Source: Candidatus Marinacidobacterium sp. (GTDB lineage Bacteria > Acidobacteriota > Vicinamibacteria > Marinacidobacterales > Marinacidobacteraceae). Taken from it: a DNA stretch of 64,000 bases. Shown here in pieces: positions 48,042 through 56,889 of this stretch. Location of the stretch: contig OZ244852.1 of the NCBI GenBank assembly GCA_965220965.1, positions 896,001 through 960,000 of the forward strand, written 5' to 3'. How positions within the stretch are numbered: position 1 is the stretch's first letter; each line of letters begins with the position of its first letter. The notes beneath the pieces are model-generated. The model searched no databases and was not told the DNA's origin. It saw only the letters and a list, made by a program, of their open reading frames with translations. Both the position numbers and the translations under genes were made by a program.

Positions 48042-49616
48042 TTAGCGTCGCGCGCCACGGCGCGGCAGGAGGTCGTCCGCCATGGCCGCATGCCACACGA
48101 ACGAGGCCATGATGACCGCGTTCTTCTTGAGATCCTCGATGGGAAGGGTGTCGTAGAAGTCCAGGTTCGTGTGGCCTCCGGTTCCCCCGACGCGCGCCTG
48201 CAGGAACTGGAACGCCGGGAGCCCGACGTCGTCGAACGGCACATGGTCGGTGCTGCCGACGCCGCGGGGCGCCAGGGTCGTCATCCCGAAGTCCTCGAAC
48301 GGCGCCATCCACGCGGCGAAGATCGGGCGCACCCGTTCGTTGTGCTGGAGCCAGACGCCCCGGTAGAGGCCCGGCCCGTAGTCCTGGTTGAAGTACACCG
48401 AGAGGTTGTCGTAGTCGGGACCCTTGCCCACTCCGGGGTCCGACGGATCCCCGAAGTGCTTCGCCACGTAGGCGCGGGATCCGTAGAGGCCCTGCTCCTC
48501 GCCCGACCAGAGCGCGATCCGGATCGTGCGCCGGGGCTCGGCCCCGAGCGCCTTCAGGATCCGCATCGCCTCGAGCATCACCGCGACCCCGGAGGTGTTG
48601 TCGCTGGCGTTCGGGCTGGCGTGCCAGGTGTCGAAGTGGGCGCCAAGCATCACGAGTTCGTGCGCCAGATCGGACCCGGGGATCTCCCCGAGCACGTTGT
48701 GGGCCTCGGTCCGGGCGTCTCCGTGCCGGTTCCGCACCTCGACTTCGATCCGGACCGGGATGCCCCGGCGGAGCACCCGGTACATCCGGTTGTAGTGCTC
48801 CGGGGTCACCGCGAGGATGGGCGCCGAACCGAGCGTCGCCTCCCGGTCCCACAGGTCCACCTTCGCGCCCGGGCGGGCGAAACCGCGGACCGCGCCCGGC
48901 CAGCCGCTGCGCGACTCGAGGACGACAGCCACGCCTTCCTCGAGATAGAAGGCGAGCCGCTCCTCGGGGGTCACCAGCTCCGGGTTCGGGATCCTCGCGG
49001 TCTGAGCCGGGGTGAACGGGGGATCGTCGGAAGGCCGGTCGGGAACCACATCCTCAGCCAGCCGGCGCATCTCCTCGTCGCTCCGGCGCGGCGTTCCGGT
49101 CGCGAACCGGGTCCGGTCGATCACCGGCGGCGGCGTCGAAAGCACCGCGGCGCCCCGCAGCGAGCCCCGGAGCGCGTGGAGCTCGCCCCGCGACCGGGCG
49201 TCGGCGAGGACCACCGGAAGCTCGAGGCGTCCGCCGGTCCCCGGAGTGTGGGCGATGGGATACCCGGTCATGCGTTCGTAGACCGGGGCGGTCATGTGGA
49301 GCGAGAAGAACTCGTTGTCCCAGCTCACGCCGTAGTCCATGAAGGGCTCGCGGACGATCCGGGACAGGCCGATGCGCTCCATTTCGGCGACGACCCATTG
49401 CTGGGCCCGGACCATCGCCTCGGAGTTCGTGAGCCGTCCGCCGATGACGTCCGTCATGTAGGAGAGCGTTTCGGGAAGCTCCGATCGAAGGAGTCCCTCT
49501 CCGCGGATCTTCGCCACCATCTCCCGGTCCACCGCCGGATTCGTCTGCGCGGCCGCGGGGGAAAACGGCGCGAGGAAGGTCGCGGCGAGCATCGCCAGAA
49601 GGCCCGAACGGTTCAT
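48042..49616 (-). CDS. M28 family metallopeptidase (carboxypeptidase Q-like), exported
   Basis: Signal peptide; DVIGGRLTNS, GAHFDTW, ASDN.SG, GEEQGLYGS, STDH, HTNLD. Confidence 0.9.
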   Translation of the reverse strand: MNRSGLLAMLAATFLAPFSPAAAQTNPAVDREMVAKIRGEGLLRSELPETLSYMTDVIGGRLTNSEAMVRAQQWVVAEMERIGLSRIVREPFMDYGVSWDNEFFSLHMTAPVYERMTGYPIAHTPGTGGRLELPVVLADARSRGELHALRGSLRGAAVLSTPPPVIDRTRFATGTPRRSDEEMRRLAEDVVPDRPSDDPPFTPAQTARIPNPELVTPEERLAFYLEEGVAVVLESRSGWPGAVRGFARPGAKVDLWDREATLGSAPILAVTPEHYNRMYRVLRRGIPVRIEVEVRNRHGDARTEAHNVLGEIPGSDLAHELVMLGAHFDTWHASPNASDNTSGVAVMLEAMRILKALGAEPRRTIRIALWSGEEQGLYGSRAYVAKHFGDPSDPGVGKGPDYDNLSVYFNQDYGPGLYRGVWLQHNERVRPIFAAWMAPFEDFGMTTLAPRGVGSTDHVPFDDVGLPAFQFLQARVGGTGGHTNLDFYDTLPIEDLKKNAVIMASFVWHAAMADDLLPRRGARR

Positions 49617-49707
49617 TCGCCCGAGCGTAGCAAAGAGGTCCGCAAGCGCCAGCCCGGCGTCTCGCTGGTCCGAAGTCGCTCCCGGTTCGCCGCCCCGGCG
49701 GCCGTGG

Positions 49708-50154
49708 TCACCCAGGCGTCGATTGCGGCGTCGGTGGATCGGCGGGCGGCTCGTCGACGCACTCCGGGCAGTCCCCGGTCCGGCAGATCCGGGCGGTCCA
49801 GACCAGAGCGCCGGCGAGGGTCAGACTGCCGGCGGCGGAGGAGAAGTTCTCCGGTAGCGGTTCGAGCCAGCCGGCGAGGGAGGCGGCCCAAAGCGCCGCT
49901 CCCCCCAGGAAGGTGAGGACCAGGGCCGCGTTCCTGCGAGCCGGGCCCAGGCCGAGCGTCACCGCGCCGAGAAGGACGGTTCCGGCCCAGACGGCCTGCT
50001 CGACGCCTTCGGAAAGCGCGAGCGCTGGCGCCGCCAGGACCAGCAGGGGCGTGACCGCACAGTGGACGCCGCACCAGATGGCGGCGCCGGCCGCCAGGCG
50101 CGACCCGGACACCAGATACGCGTTCGGGGGATTGATTGCGAGAGATTTGTTCAC
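49708..50154 (-). CDS. MerC-domain membrane protein (heavy-metal binding / transport)
   Basis: CGVHC..TPLL in first TM, four TM helices, C-terminal CRTGDCPEC. Confidence 0.7.
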   Translation of the reverse strand: MNKSLAINPPNAYLVSGSRLAAGAAIWCGVHCAVTPLLVLAAPALALSEGVEQAVWAGTVLLGAVTLGLGPARRNAALVLTFLGGAALWAASLAGWLEPLPENFSSAAGSLTLAGALVWTARICRTGDCPECVDEPPADPPTPQSTPG

Positions 50155-50212
50155 TACAGCCGTACCTGCCCCGGCGTCCCGATGGATCTCCGGGGGCGGG
50201 GCGAGTCGTCCG

Positions 50213-50236
50213 GCGCCGGAGTGCGGACTCCGGCGC
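50213..50236 (-). promoter_or_regulatory. Perfect 10-bp stem-loop between the RAPP leader and the merC-like gene
   Basis: GCGCCGGAGT-GCGG-ACTCCGGCGC. Confidence 0.5.
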
Positions 50237-50291
50237 AGCCGTCGCGCCCGATGAAAGTGACCCGGTGGCTCGCGCTGCGGCCGGCCCGGGA

Positions 50292-50660
50292 CTATGCCAG
50301 CGAGAGCGACTGAGCCGGCGGCGCCCGGGGCCGGATCCCGAACCGGGCGTCTGCGGCGGTGTGACCGGAGGTCGCCCGCAGCTCTACACGAATCGCCCGG
50401 AGCGCCGGTGGCTGATCGAGGGCCGAGCGCTTCAGGGTGGCGGCGGGGGCGGCTCCCTGAGCGCAGAGGACGCACACCGCGTGGGCGTACTCGACCCCTC
50501 CGGAGTGGTCCTCGCCGTAGCCGGGCCGCTGGACGGCGCTCTGGTCGAGGTGTTCGTGGGTCGCCTCGACAAAGGACAGCGCAGAGGTCGCCACGAGCTG
50601 CATCAGGAGCGAAGCAGAGGCTCCTCTCCGGATCCAGCGGGGACTCCTCCAGCGGGCCAT
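50292..50660 (-). CDS. DUF2946-like (CutF/CruR-type) leader protein with CxxC and RAPP arrest motif
   Basis: N-terminal basic/hydrophobic signal, His-rich middle, HAVCVLC, C-terminal RPRAPP; ATG 7 nt after TATCCT. Confidence 0.7.
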   Translation of the reverse strand: MARWRSPRWIRRGASASLLMQLVATSALSFVEATHEHLDQSAVQRPGYGEDHSGGVEYAHAVCVLCAQGAAPAATLKRSALDQPPALRAIRVELRATSGHTAADARFGIRPRAPPAQSLSLA

Positions 50661-50756
50661 CGCAGGCAGGATACCAGCGGGGGCGCCCGGTCAGGAGGAC
50701 GGAACGAGGTCCCGCCGGCATGGAGAGAGGGGCCTCGCGCCCTAGACTCCGGCGCG

Positions 50757-51497
50757 ATGAGCGAGCTTCCGCTGCACCCGGGCGCGGGCGCGCCTCCGGC
50801 GGGGCCGGGTCAGGAGCTGCGCGCCCGACGGGACCGGCTGGTGGCCCGGATCGGGCAGGCCCGGTTCGACGCCGGCGCTCTCGCGCTTCGGGTCGAGGCC
50901 GCCTGCGCCACGATGGAACTCACCGGGGCGTCCCCGCCCGAGGACGAGGTCGCCCGGGCGCGAAGCGGGGACATTCGGGGCGCGCCGTCGCTCGCCGCCC
51001 CCCTCGGGGCGATCGCGCGGATGTCGCAGGCGGCGCCCGGACGGGACCCGGATGCCCGGCTGCTCGGCGAGATCCACCAGATCGCCACCGGGTCAGCCGA
51101 GGAGTCGGGTTTCCGCTCCACCCAGATCGACGCGCAGTTCGACGGCGCCAGCCTGTCGCCGCCGCAGACGATCCCCATCCGGCTGGGCGACCTCCTCGGC
51201 TGGATCGGGGGGCAGAGCGGCCGGGATCTGGAAACGGCGCCGCGCGCAGCGCTGTTCTTCGCCCGGTTTCTGGAAATCTCGCCGTTTGCGCGAGCCAACT
51301 TCCGGGTGGCGCACCTGATGCTCACGTTCTTCGCCCTTGCCGACGGACAGCCGCCGATCTGGTTCGAGGTCGGGGACGCCACCGGGATCCGGTCGGATGT
51401 CTCGCGGGCGTTCCGGTTCGACACCGCGCCGCTGACCGCCCGGATCGAGGCGGCCCTCGCGCGGTCGCTGGATCGGGTGGCCAGCGCGGACGAGTAG
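50757..51497 (+). CDS. Degenerate Fic/Fido-fold protein
   Basis: ATMELTG helix, EIHQIA...GFRS, FLEISPFARANFRVAH in place of HPFxxGNGRxxR. Confidence 0.6.
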   Translation: MSELPLHPGAGAPPAGPGQELRARRDRLVARIGQARFDAGALALRVEAACATMELTGASPPEDEVARARSGDIRGAPSLAAPLGAIARMSQAAPGRDPDARLLGEIHQIATGSAEESGFRSTQIDAQFDGASLSPPQTIPIRLGDLLGWIGGQSGRDLETAPRAALFFARFLEISPFARANFRVAHLMLTFFALADGQPPIWFEVGDATGIRSDVSRAFRFDTAPLTARIEAALARSLDRVASADE

Positions 51498-51560
51498 GGC
51501 CGAAAGCCCTACAATCCGGGCGGAACGCGCGTCACGCGCCGCGTCCACCCGGAACTCCCC

Positions 51561-51806
51561 ATGCTCCCGCTCCTCCTGCTCCAGCAGTCGAAGGCCGTCG
51601 AGTTCTTCACCCTTCCCGATCCCGAGCCGCCGCGCGGAATCCTCTGGCTCATCATGGAGTCGTTCGCGTTCGTGGGCGCGGCGCTTCTCTCGACCGTCGT
51701 GCTCGGCATCGGATTCGGTCTGTTCCGGCTCTGGCTGCTGAAGCGCTATCCGGACAACAGCTTCAACGGGCGGGGCAGGGATCCGGTGAGGATCGATCTG
51801 AGCTGA
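51561..51806 (+). CDS. Small single-TM hypothetical protein
   Basis: 81 aa with one long hydrophobic helix; TACAAT box upstream. Confidence 0.55.
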   Translation: MLPLLLLQQSKAVEFFTLPDPEPPRGILWLIMESFAFVGAALLSTVVLGIGFGLFRLWLLKRYPDNSFNGRGRDPVRIDLS

Positions 51807-52222
51807 AGGCGACGCCCGTCCTCGTTTACGACGGGGGCTGCGGGATCTGCACCCGCCTGGTGCGCGCCGCCGCTCGTTTCGCCGGCGACCGCGAGGTCCG
51901 CTATCTGGCCTACCAAACGCTGCCCGACGAGGACTTCGCGCGGCTGGGCGTGACCCGCGCCGAGTGCGAGGCCCGGCTGCGCTTCCGCAACCGGCGCGGC
52001 CGCTGGTTCGGGGGCGCCTTCGCGGTGAACCGGTTCCTGTGGTTCGCCGCCCCGCCAGGCCTCCGGGGAGCGCCGGCGAGGACGCTGGTTCTAGCCTTCT
52101 ATCTGCTGCCGCCGCTCCTGCTGCTCGAGGTGATCGGTTACGCGCTGGTGGCGCGGAACCGCGGGTGCGACGCCTCCGGGAGCGCGGTTTCCGGCCAGTC
52201 AGCCGGACCGACATCCTGTTAG
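51803..52222 (+). CDS. DCC1-like thiol-disulfide oxidoreductase (DUF393)
   Basis: VLVYDGGCGIC, YQ, GAFAV, Y.LVARNR; apparent CTG start overlapping the upstream TGA. Confidence 0.8.
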   Translation: MKATPVLVYDGGCGICTRLVRAAARFAGDREVRYLAYQTLPDEDFARLGVTRAECEARLRFRNRRGRWFGGAFAVNRFLWFAAPPGLRGAPARTLVLAFYLLPPLLLLEVIGYALVARNRGCDASGSAVSGQSAGPTSC

Positions 52223-52251
52223 TCTGCGCACCCTCGCCAGGAGGCTCCGCC

Positions 52252-53121
52252 ATGCTTCGATCCGCTCTGTTCCTCGCCGCCCTGCTGCTCGCCGCCGCGT
52301 GCGCGGCGCCTCCCGCCGAGGAACCCGCCGGGCCGATGCCGGTCGCCGTTGCGGATCAGCCGGCGGGCGAGTACGTCCGCTTCGCGGATGCGGCGGGGAC
52401 CGCGGCCTGGGGCCGGATCGAAGGGGACGGAATCGCGGAGCTCCACGCTGCGCCCTGGAGCGGCGGCGCCCCGACCGGGCGGGTCGTCCCGAGGGACTCG
52501 GCGACGCTCCTCGCCCCGGCGACCCCCGGGAAGGTCATCGCGATCGGCCTGAACTACGCCTCGCACCTCGGGGGGCGTGAGCCGGCGGCCTATCCGGGCG
52601 TCTTCGCCAAGCTGCCGACAAGCATCGTCGGGCCAGGCGACGCGATCGAGATGACCGAGGACGCCGGGAATGTCCATTACGAGGGCGAACTCGTCATCGT
52701 CATCGGAACGGAGGCCCGCGACGTTCCGGTGGAGAGCGCCCAGGACGCCATCTTCGGGGTGACCGCCGGCAACGACGTGAGCGAGCGCGACTGGCAGGGC
52801 GCGGATCTTCAGTGGTTCCGGGCCAAGGCCTCGGACACCTATGGACCCATCGGCCCGGTGATCTCCCGGGGCGTGAACTACGACGACCTGCTGCTGACGA
52901 CCCGGCTGAACGGGGAAGTCGTCCAGGAGCAGCGGACCAGTGACCTCATCTTCGACACGAGCACGATCGTGAGCTACGTGAGCCGCTACGTCACGCTCAT
53001 GCCGGGTGACGTGATCTTCACCGGAACGCCGGGGACCACCCAGGCCATGAACGAGGGAGACATGGTCTCCGTCGAGGTCGAGACGGTCGGTCTGCTCGAG
53101 AACCCCGTCGCCCGCCGCTGA
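52252..53121 (+). CDS. Fumarylacetoacetate hydrolase family protein with lipoprotein signal
   Basis: KVIAIGLNYASH, VHYEGEL, NDVSERDWQ, RAKASDTYGPIGP, PGDVIFTGTP; LLLAAAC lipobox; AGGAGG RBS. Confidence 0.92.
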   Translation: MLRSALFLAALLLAAACAAPPAEEPAGPMPVAVADQPAGEYVRFADAAGTAAWGRIEGDGIAELHAAPWSGGAPTGRVVPRDSATLLAPATPGKVIAIGLNYASHLGGREPAAYPGVFAKLPTSIVGPGDAIEMTEDAGNVHYEGELVIVIGTEARDVPVESAQDAIFGVTAGNDVSERDWQGADLQWFRAKASDTYGPIGPVISRGVNYDDLLLTTRLNGEVVQEQRTSDLIFDTSTIVSYVSRYVTLMPGDVIFTGTPGTTQAMNEGDMVSVEVETVGLLENPVARR

Positions 53122-53141
53122 GGCGACCCGGGCGACCGCGT

Positions 53142-53245
53142 TTGTGGGTCACTCTCGCCGAAGAGTGATCCACAAACGGATTTGTGGTTCATTCGTTAAC
53201 CACAAATGGATTTGCGTCTCACTTTTCGCCGAGAGTGAGACGCAG
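53142..53245 (+). repeat. Triple-hairpin direct repeat, copy 1
   Basis: Near-identical to 54464-54568; hairpins at about 53141-53176, 53180-53207, 53213-53244. Confidence 0.92.
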
Positions 53246-53297
53246 GAGGTAGGATCGGTCGTCCCGTGGCGCTCGTGGTGGCGCGCCGGTGGTCCCC

Positions 53298-54431
53298 ATG
53301 AGCCCTCCCCGCTACTCCCCGGAGCGGTTTCCTCCGTCCTCTCCTGATTGGGCCGGCCTTCTGCCGTGGCTCGGCCGCGCCCACCGGGCCATCGCACAGT
53401 ATGAGGGCGTCCTCGCTGGCGTTCCGAACCCGCAGATCCTCCTCTCGCCGCTCGCCGGCCAGGAGGCGGTCGTGTCGAGCCGGATCGAGGGGACCCGTTC
53501 ATCGCTGAGGGAGGTCCTGGCTCTGGACTCCACGGGGAGTGGTGATATCGGCCCGGATCGGGCGCCGCCGGATGTCCAGGAAGTCCTGAACTACCGGCTC
53601 GCGCTCCTGACCGCGGAGGGCATGCTCGAGAAACTGCCGCTCTCCCAGCGCGTGATCCGGCGCGCTCACGCCGTCCTGATGAAGGGGGTGCGGGGTGACA
53701 CGGCCGCGCCGGGGGAGTACCGGAGGATCCAGAACTGGATCGGAGCGCCCAACTCCACGGAGGCGACGGCGACTTTCGTGCCCTGTCCCCCCCAGCACAT
53801 TCCGGAGGCCATGGACGCCTGGGAGCGCTATCTCCACTCGGATACACCGGACGAGCTCTTCCAGTTGGCGGTCCTCCATGTCTGGTTCGAAGCCATCCAC
53901 CCGTTCCTGGACGGAAACGGCCGACTCGGACGCCTCATGATGCCGCTGTTCCTGGTCGCGAGGGGGATGCTGGTCCGGCCGAACCTCTACCTCAGCGAGT
54001 ATCTGGAGCGTTATCGGAGCGAGTACTACCGGCGCCTGCTGTTGGCGCAGAGCGGCGGCGACTGGCGCCCCTGGATGCGCTACTTCCTGACAGGGATCGA
54101 GCAGCAGGCCAACGCCAATGCGGAGAAGGCCCGCAACATCATGGAACTCCATGAGGAGGGTAAGACACGGGTCTCGCGGCTCCTGCGCTCGCAGTACGCG
54201 TCCGCGGCGCTGGACATGCTCTTCCGCAGCCCGGTGTTCCGCAGTTCGGACTTCCGCAGACACTCGGGAGCGCCTCGGCCGACGGCGATGCGGTTCCTGC
54301 GCGTGCTGCGGCGGGAGGGGATGCTCGAGGAACTCGTTGCCCCACGAGGCAACCGACCGGCCCTCCTGTGGTTCCCGGAGCTGATCGAGATCGCGCAACG
54401 CCCCTCGGACTTCGGACCGGTTCCTCCCTGA
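53298..54431 (+). CDS. Fic family protein (class II, N-terminal inhibitory helix, C-terminal wHTH-like region)
   Basis: Catalytic HPFLDGNGRLGR; inhibitory SSRIEGT; PGEYRRIQNWIG. Confidence 0.95.
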   Translation: MSPPRYSPERFPPSSPDWAGLLPWLGRAHRAIAQYEGVLAGVPNPQILLSPLAGQEAVVSSRIEGTRSSLREVLALDSTGSGDIGPDRAPPDVQEVLNYRLALLTAEGMLEKLPLSQRVIRRAHAVLMKGVRGDTAAPGEYRRIQNWIGAPNSTEATATFVPCPPQHIPEAMDAWERYLHSDTPDELFQLAVLHVWFEAIHPFLDGNGRLGRLMMPLFLVARGMLVRPNLYLSEYLERYRSEYYRRLLLAQSGGDWRPWMRYFLTGIEQQANANAEKARNIMELHEEGKTRVSRLLRSQYASAALDMLFRSPVFRSSDFRRHSGAPRPTAMRFLRVLRREGMLEELVAPRGNRPALLWFPELIEIAQRPSDFGPVPP

Positions 54432-54463
54432 TGGGTCACCCCTGGCGCGTCGGATCCAGGCCC

Positions 54464-54568
54464 TTGTGGATCACTCTCGGGCAGCAAGTGATCCACAAAC
54501 GGATTTGTGGTTCATTCATTGACCGCAAATGGATTTGCGTCTCACTTTTCGCCGAGAGTGAGACGCAG
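54464..54568 (+). repeat. Triple-hairpin direct repeat, copy 2
   Basis: Same orientation as copy 1; third hairpin identical. Confidence 0.92.
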
Positions 54569-54606
54569 AAGGGAAGCAGGCGGGCCGGCCGGGTCCCGGA
54601 GTAGCC

Positions 54607-55044
54607 GTGCGTCTCTGGTCGCTTCATCCCCGGGCCCTTGACCGGCAGGGCCTCATCGCGCTGTGGCGCGAGGGCCTGCTGGCGCGGAAGGTGTTGGCCG
54701 GAGAGACGCGCGGCTACCGGCATCACCCGCAACTCGAGCGCTTCCGGGCTCACTCCGAGCCGCAGGTGGCGATCGCCGCCTATCTGCACGCGGTCGCTGA
54801 CGAGGCCGACCGCAGGGGTTACCGCTTCGACCGGTCCCGGATTGGCGCTGCGGCCCGCGAGACGACGCCTATTCCGGTGAGCGACGGACAGCTCGCCTTC
54901 GAGGCCGGACACCTGGCCGCGAAGCTCGAGCGCCGGTCGCCGGAGGTCCTCGCGCAAGGGGATCCGCGAAAGAGCCCGGCGCCCCATCCGCTCTTCCGGG
55001 TCGTTCCCGGGCCGATCGCCTCCTGGGAGCGGCCGGACGGCTGA
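54607..55044 (+). CDS. Pyrimidine dimer DNA glycosylase / T4 endonuclease V-like protein
   Basis: MRLWSLHP..LD..GL.ALWREGLLA.KVL.G.T.GY.HHPQL.RFR, RGY.FD, GQL.FE..HL..KL. Confidence 0.88.
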   Translation: MRLWSLHPRALDRQGLIALWREGLLARKVLAGETRGYRHHPQLERFRAHSEPQVAIAAYLHAVADEADRRGYRFDRSRIGAAARETTPIPVSDGQLAFEAGHLAAKLERRSPEVLAQGDPRKSPAPHPLFRVVPGPIASWERPDG

Positions 55045-55059
55045 AACGACGGCCCGGCG

Positions 55060-55449
55060 CTACGCGTCGCCGCCGACCACCGCCTCCGCCTCGATCTCCA
55101 CGAGGTACTCCTCCCCGACGAGGTGGGCGAAGACCAGCGTGCAGGCGGGACGGGCGCTGGCGAACACTTCGCCGTGGACTCCGGCCACCGCCTCCCAGTC
55201 GGCCCCCGGCTTCACGTAGATGCGGGTGCGGACGACATCCTCCATGGAGCCGCCCAGCGCGGTGACCGCCGTGCGGACCTTGTCGAGGGCGTAGCGGGCC
55301 TGCGCTTCGGGATCGCCGAGGTGGACCGGACCGTCCGGGCCGGTCGCGGTCGTGCCGGAGACGAGGATCCGGTTCCCGACGCGCACCGCGCGGGAATACC
55401 CGAATTCGTCCTCCCACGGGACGCCGCTGGTGACGCGTCGGATCGTCAT
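55060..55449 (-). CDS. RidA/YjgF family protein
   Basis: SG.PWE...GYSRAVRVG, VSGTT, DVVRTR, RPACT, LVEIEAEA; GGAAGG RBS. Confidence 0.92.
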   Translation of the reverse strand: MTIRRVTSGVPWEDEFGYSRAVRVGNRILVSGTTATGPDGPVHLGDPEAQARYALDKVRTAVTALGGSMEDVVRTRIYVKPGADWEAVAGVHGEVFASARPACTLVFAHLVGEEYLVEIEAEAVVGGDA

Positions 55450-55453
55450 GGGT

Positions 55454-56889
55454 TCAGTTTCCTTCCTGTTGTGCGGGTGGGCGGGCATCCGCTTCGACCC
55501 GCACCCGGCCGAACTCCCCGTCGAGCTCCGGTTCGACCCGCAGCGATGGAGACACCGCGGGCAGCCGCGCGGCGCAGGCCCGGAGGACGGCCTTCTCATC
55601 CTCGGGGTCGCGGATCGCCACCCGGAGGGTCGTGAGGTCCGTAAGCGAACCGCCCAGCGAGAGGAGAGCGCCCTCGATGCGGTCGAGGTGGAAGTGGGTC
55701 TCGGCCGCCGCGTCGTCGCCGCCGATGCGGCGGCCGCGGTGGAGGGGGGCCTGGGCGGAAAGCCGGATGCGGTCCGCCTCCCGGACCGCGAGCGGAGTTC
55801 CCCCGGAGGAGAGCACGGCCTCCTCCTCCGTCCGGTAAGGGGCGGGGAAGGAGGAGATGTGGTGGCTCAGGTCGCCGGAAGCCGTCAGGTAGGGAGCGCG
55901 GCGATACTCGTCCCCGCAGTCCCCGGGGATCGGATCCAGCTCGCGGGCGGCCGCGTCGAGCTCGCGGAGCGCATCCCGGTCGAGCGTCAGGTCCATCACG
56001 CGCCGGTTGTCTTCGAGGTGGTCGGACGCCCCGGGGCGGGCGCCCACGATGATTCCGGCCACCGCTGGCTGATCCAGCACGAAGCGGGCGGCCACGTTCG
56101 CGAGCGAGGCGCCCGAGCGGCGGCCCACGCGGTCCGCCGTCTCGAGGAGCGCCTGGAAGCGCTCCCACCCGCCCGCGGTCCGGAGGAAGCGTAGGTACTT
56201 CTGCTGCGACCAGGTCAGCGAGTCGTCGCCGACCGCTGGCTCCGGGGCGCCAACCCAGCGTTCGCTCAGCAGGCCCCCGGCGAGCGTCCCGTAGGCGAGC
56301 AGGCGCACGTCGTGAGCGCGGCAGACCGCGGTGAGCGCGCCGGCGGCGCGGCGGTCGAAGAGCGAATAGGAAACCTGGTTCGAAACGACGGGAAAGCCGC
56401 TCCGGAGCGCGAGGTCGAGGTGGGGAGCGTCGAAGTTCGTGACGCCGAGCTGACCGATCAGCCCCTCCTCCCGCAGCTCCGCAAGATGCTCCATGCAGTC
56501 GAGCCACGCCGGGTCGGCGTAGCGCCAGGCGTGGAACTGGAGCATGTCGAGACGGTCCACGCCGATCCGGTCGAGCGACCGCCGGACCGCCGCGCGGACC
56601 GCGTCGCGCGAGCCCACGCCAGGCTCGGCGACCCACTTCGTGAGGACCCGGACCTCGGGACGGCGTCGCCGGATCGTCCCGGCGATGATCTCGGCGGTCC
56701 CGTAGTGGTCGGCGACATCGAACGTCGTGAAGCCAGCCTCCACCATCGGCTCGAGCGCATCGGCCGCCCGCTCCGGATCCAGGCGAGCGCCGTCCCTTTC
56801 CTGATCGGCGACCTGCAGAGCCCGGTGAGAACGCGGGCGACCGGCAGCTCCGGCGCGAGGCGCGTCGAAGGGACCGGGACCGGACTCAC
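55454..56889 (-). pseudogene. Aldo/keto reductase with C-terminal Rid-like domain; 1-nt frameshift near 56816 (pseudogene or assembly error)
   Basis: GTG 56889 reads ...RVLTGL, then TG (instead of TGG), then QVADQERDG... in the frame of TFDVADHYG, LQFHAW, GVTNFD, SNQV, YGTLAGG. Confidence 0.8.

Noticed and set aside
53141-54568. CRISPR array or classical integron attC sites
   Set aside because: Only two long copies separated by a whole gene, no spacers, no cas or intI in the window, and no RYYYAAC/GTTRRRY core pair bounding the palindromes.
56800-56830. Programmed ribosomal frameshift in the AKR gene
   Set aside because: No slippery heptamer at the site; a single lost G in a Trp codon is better explained by an indel.
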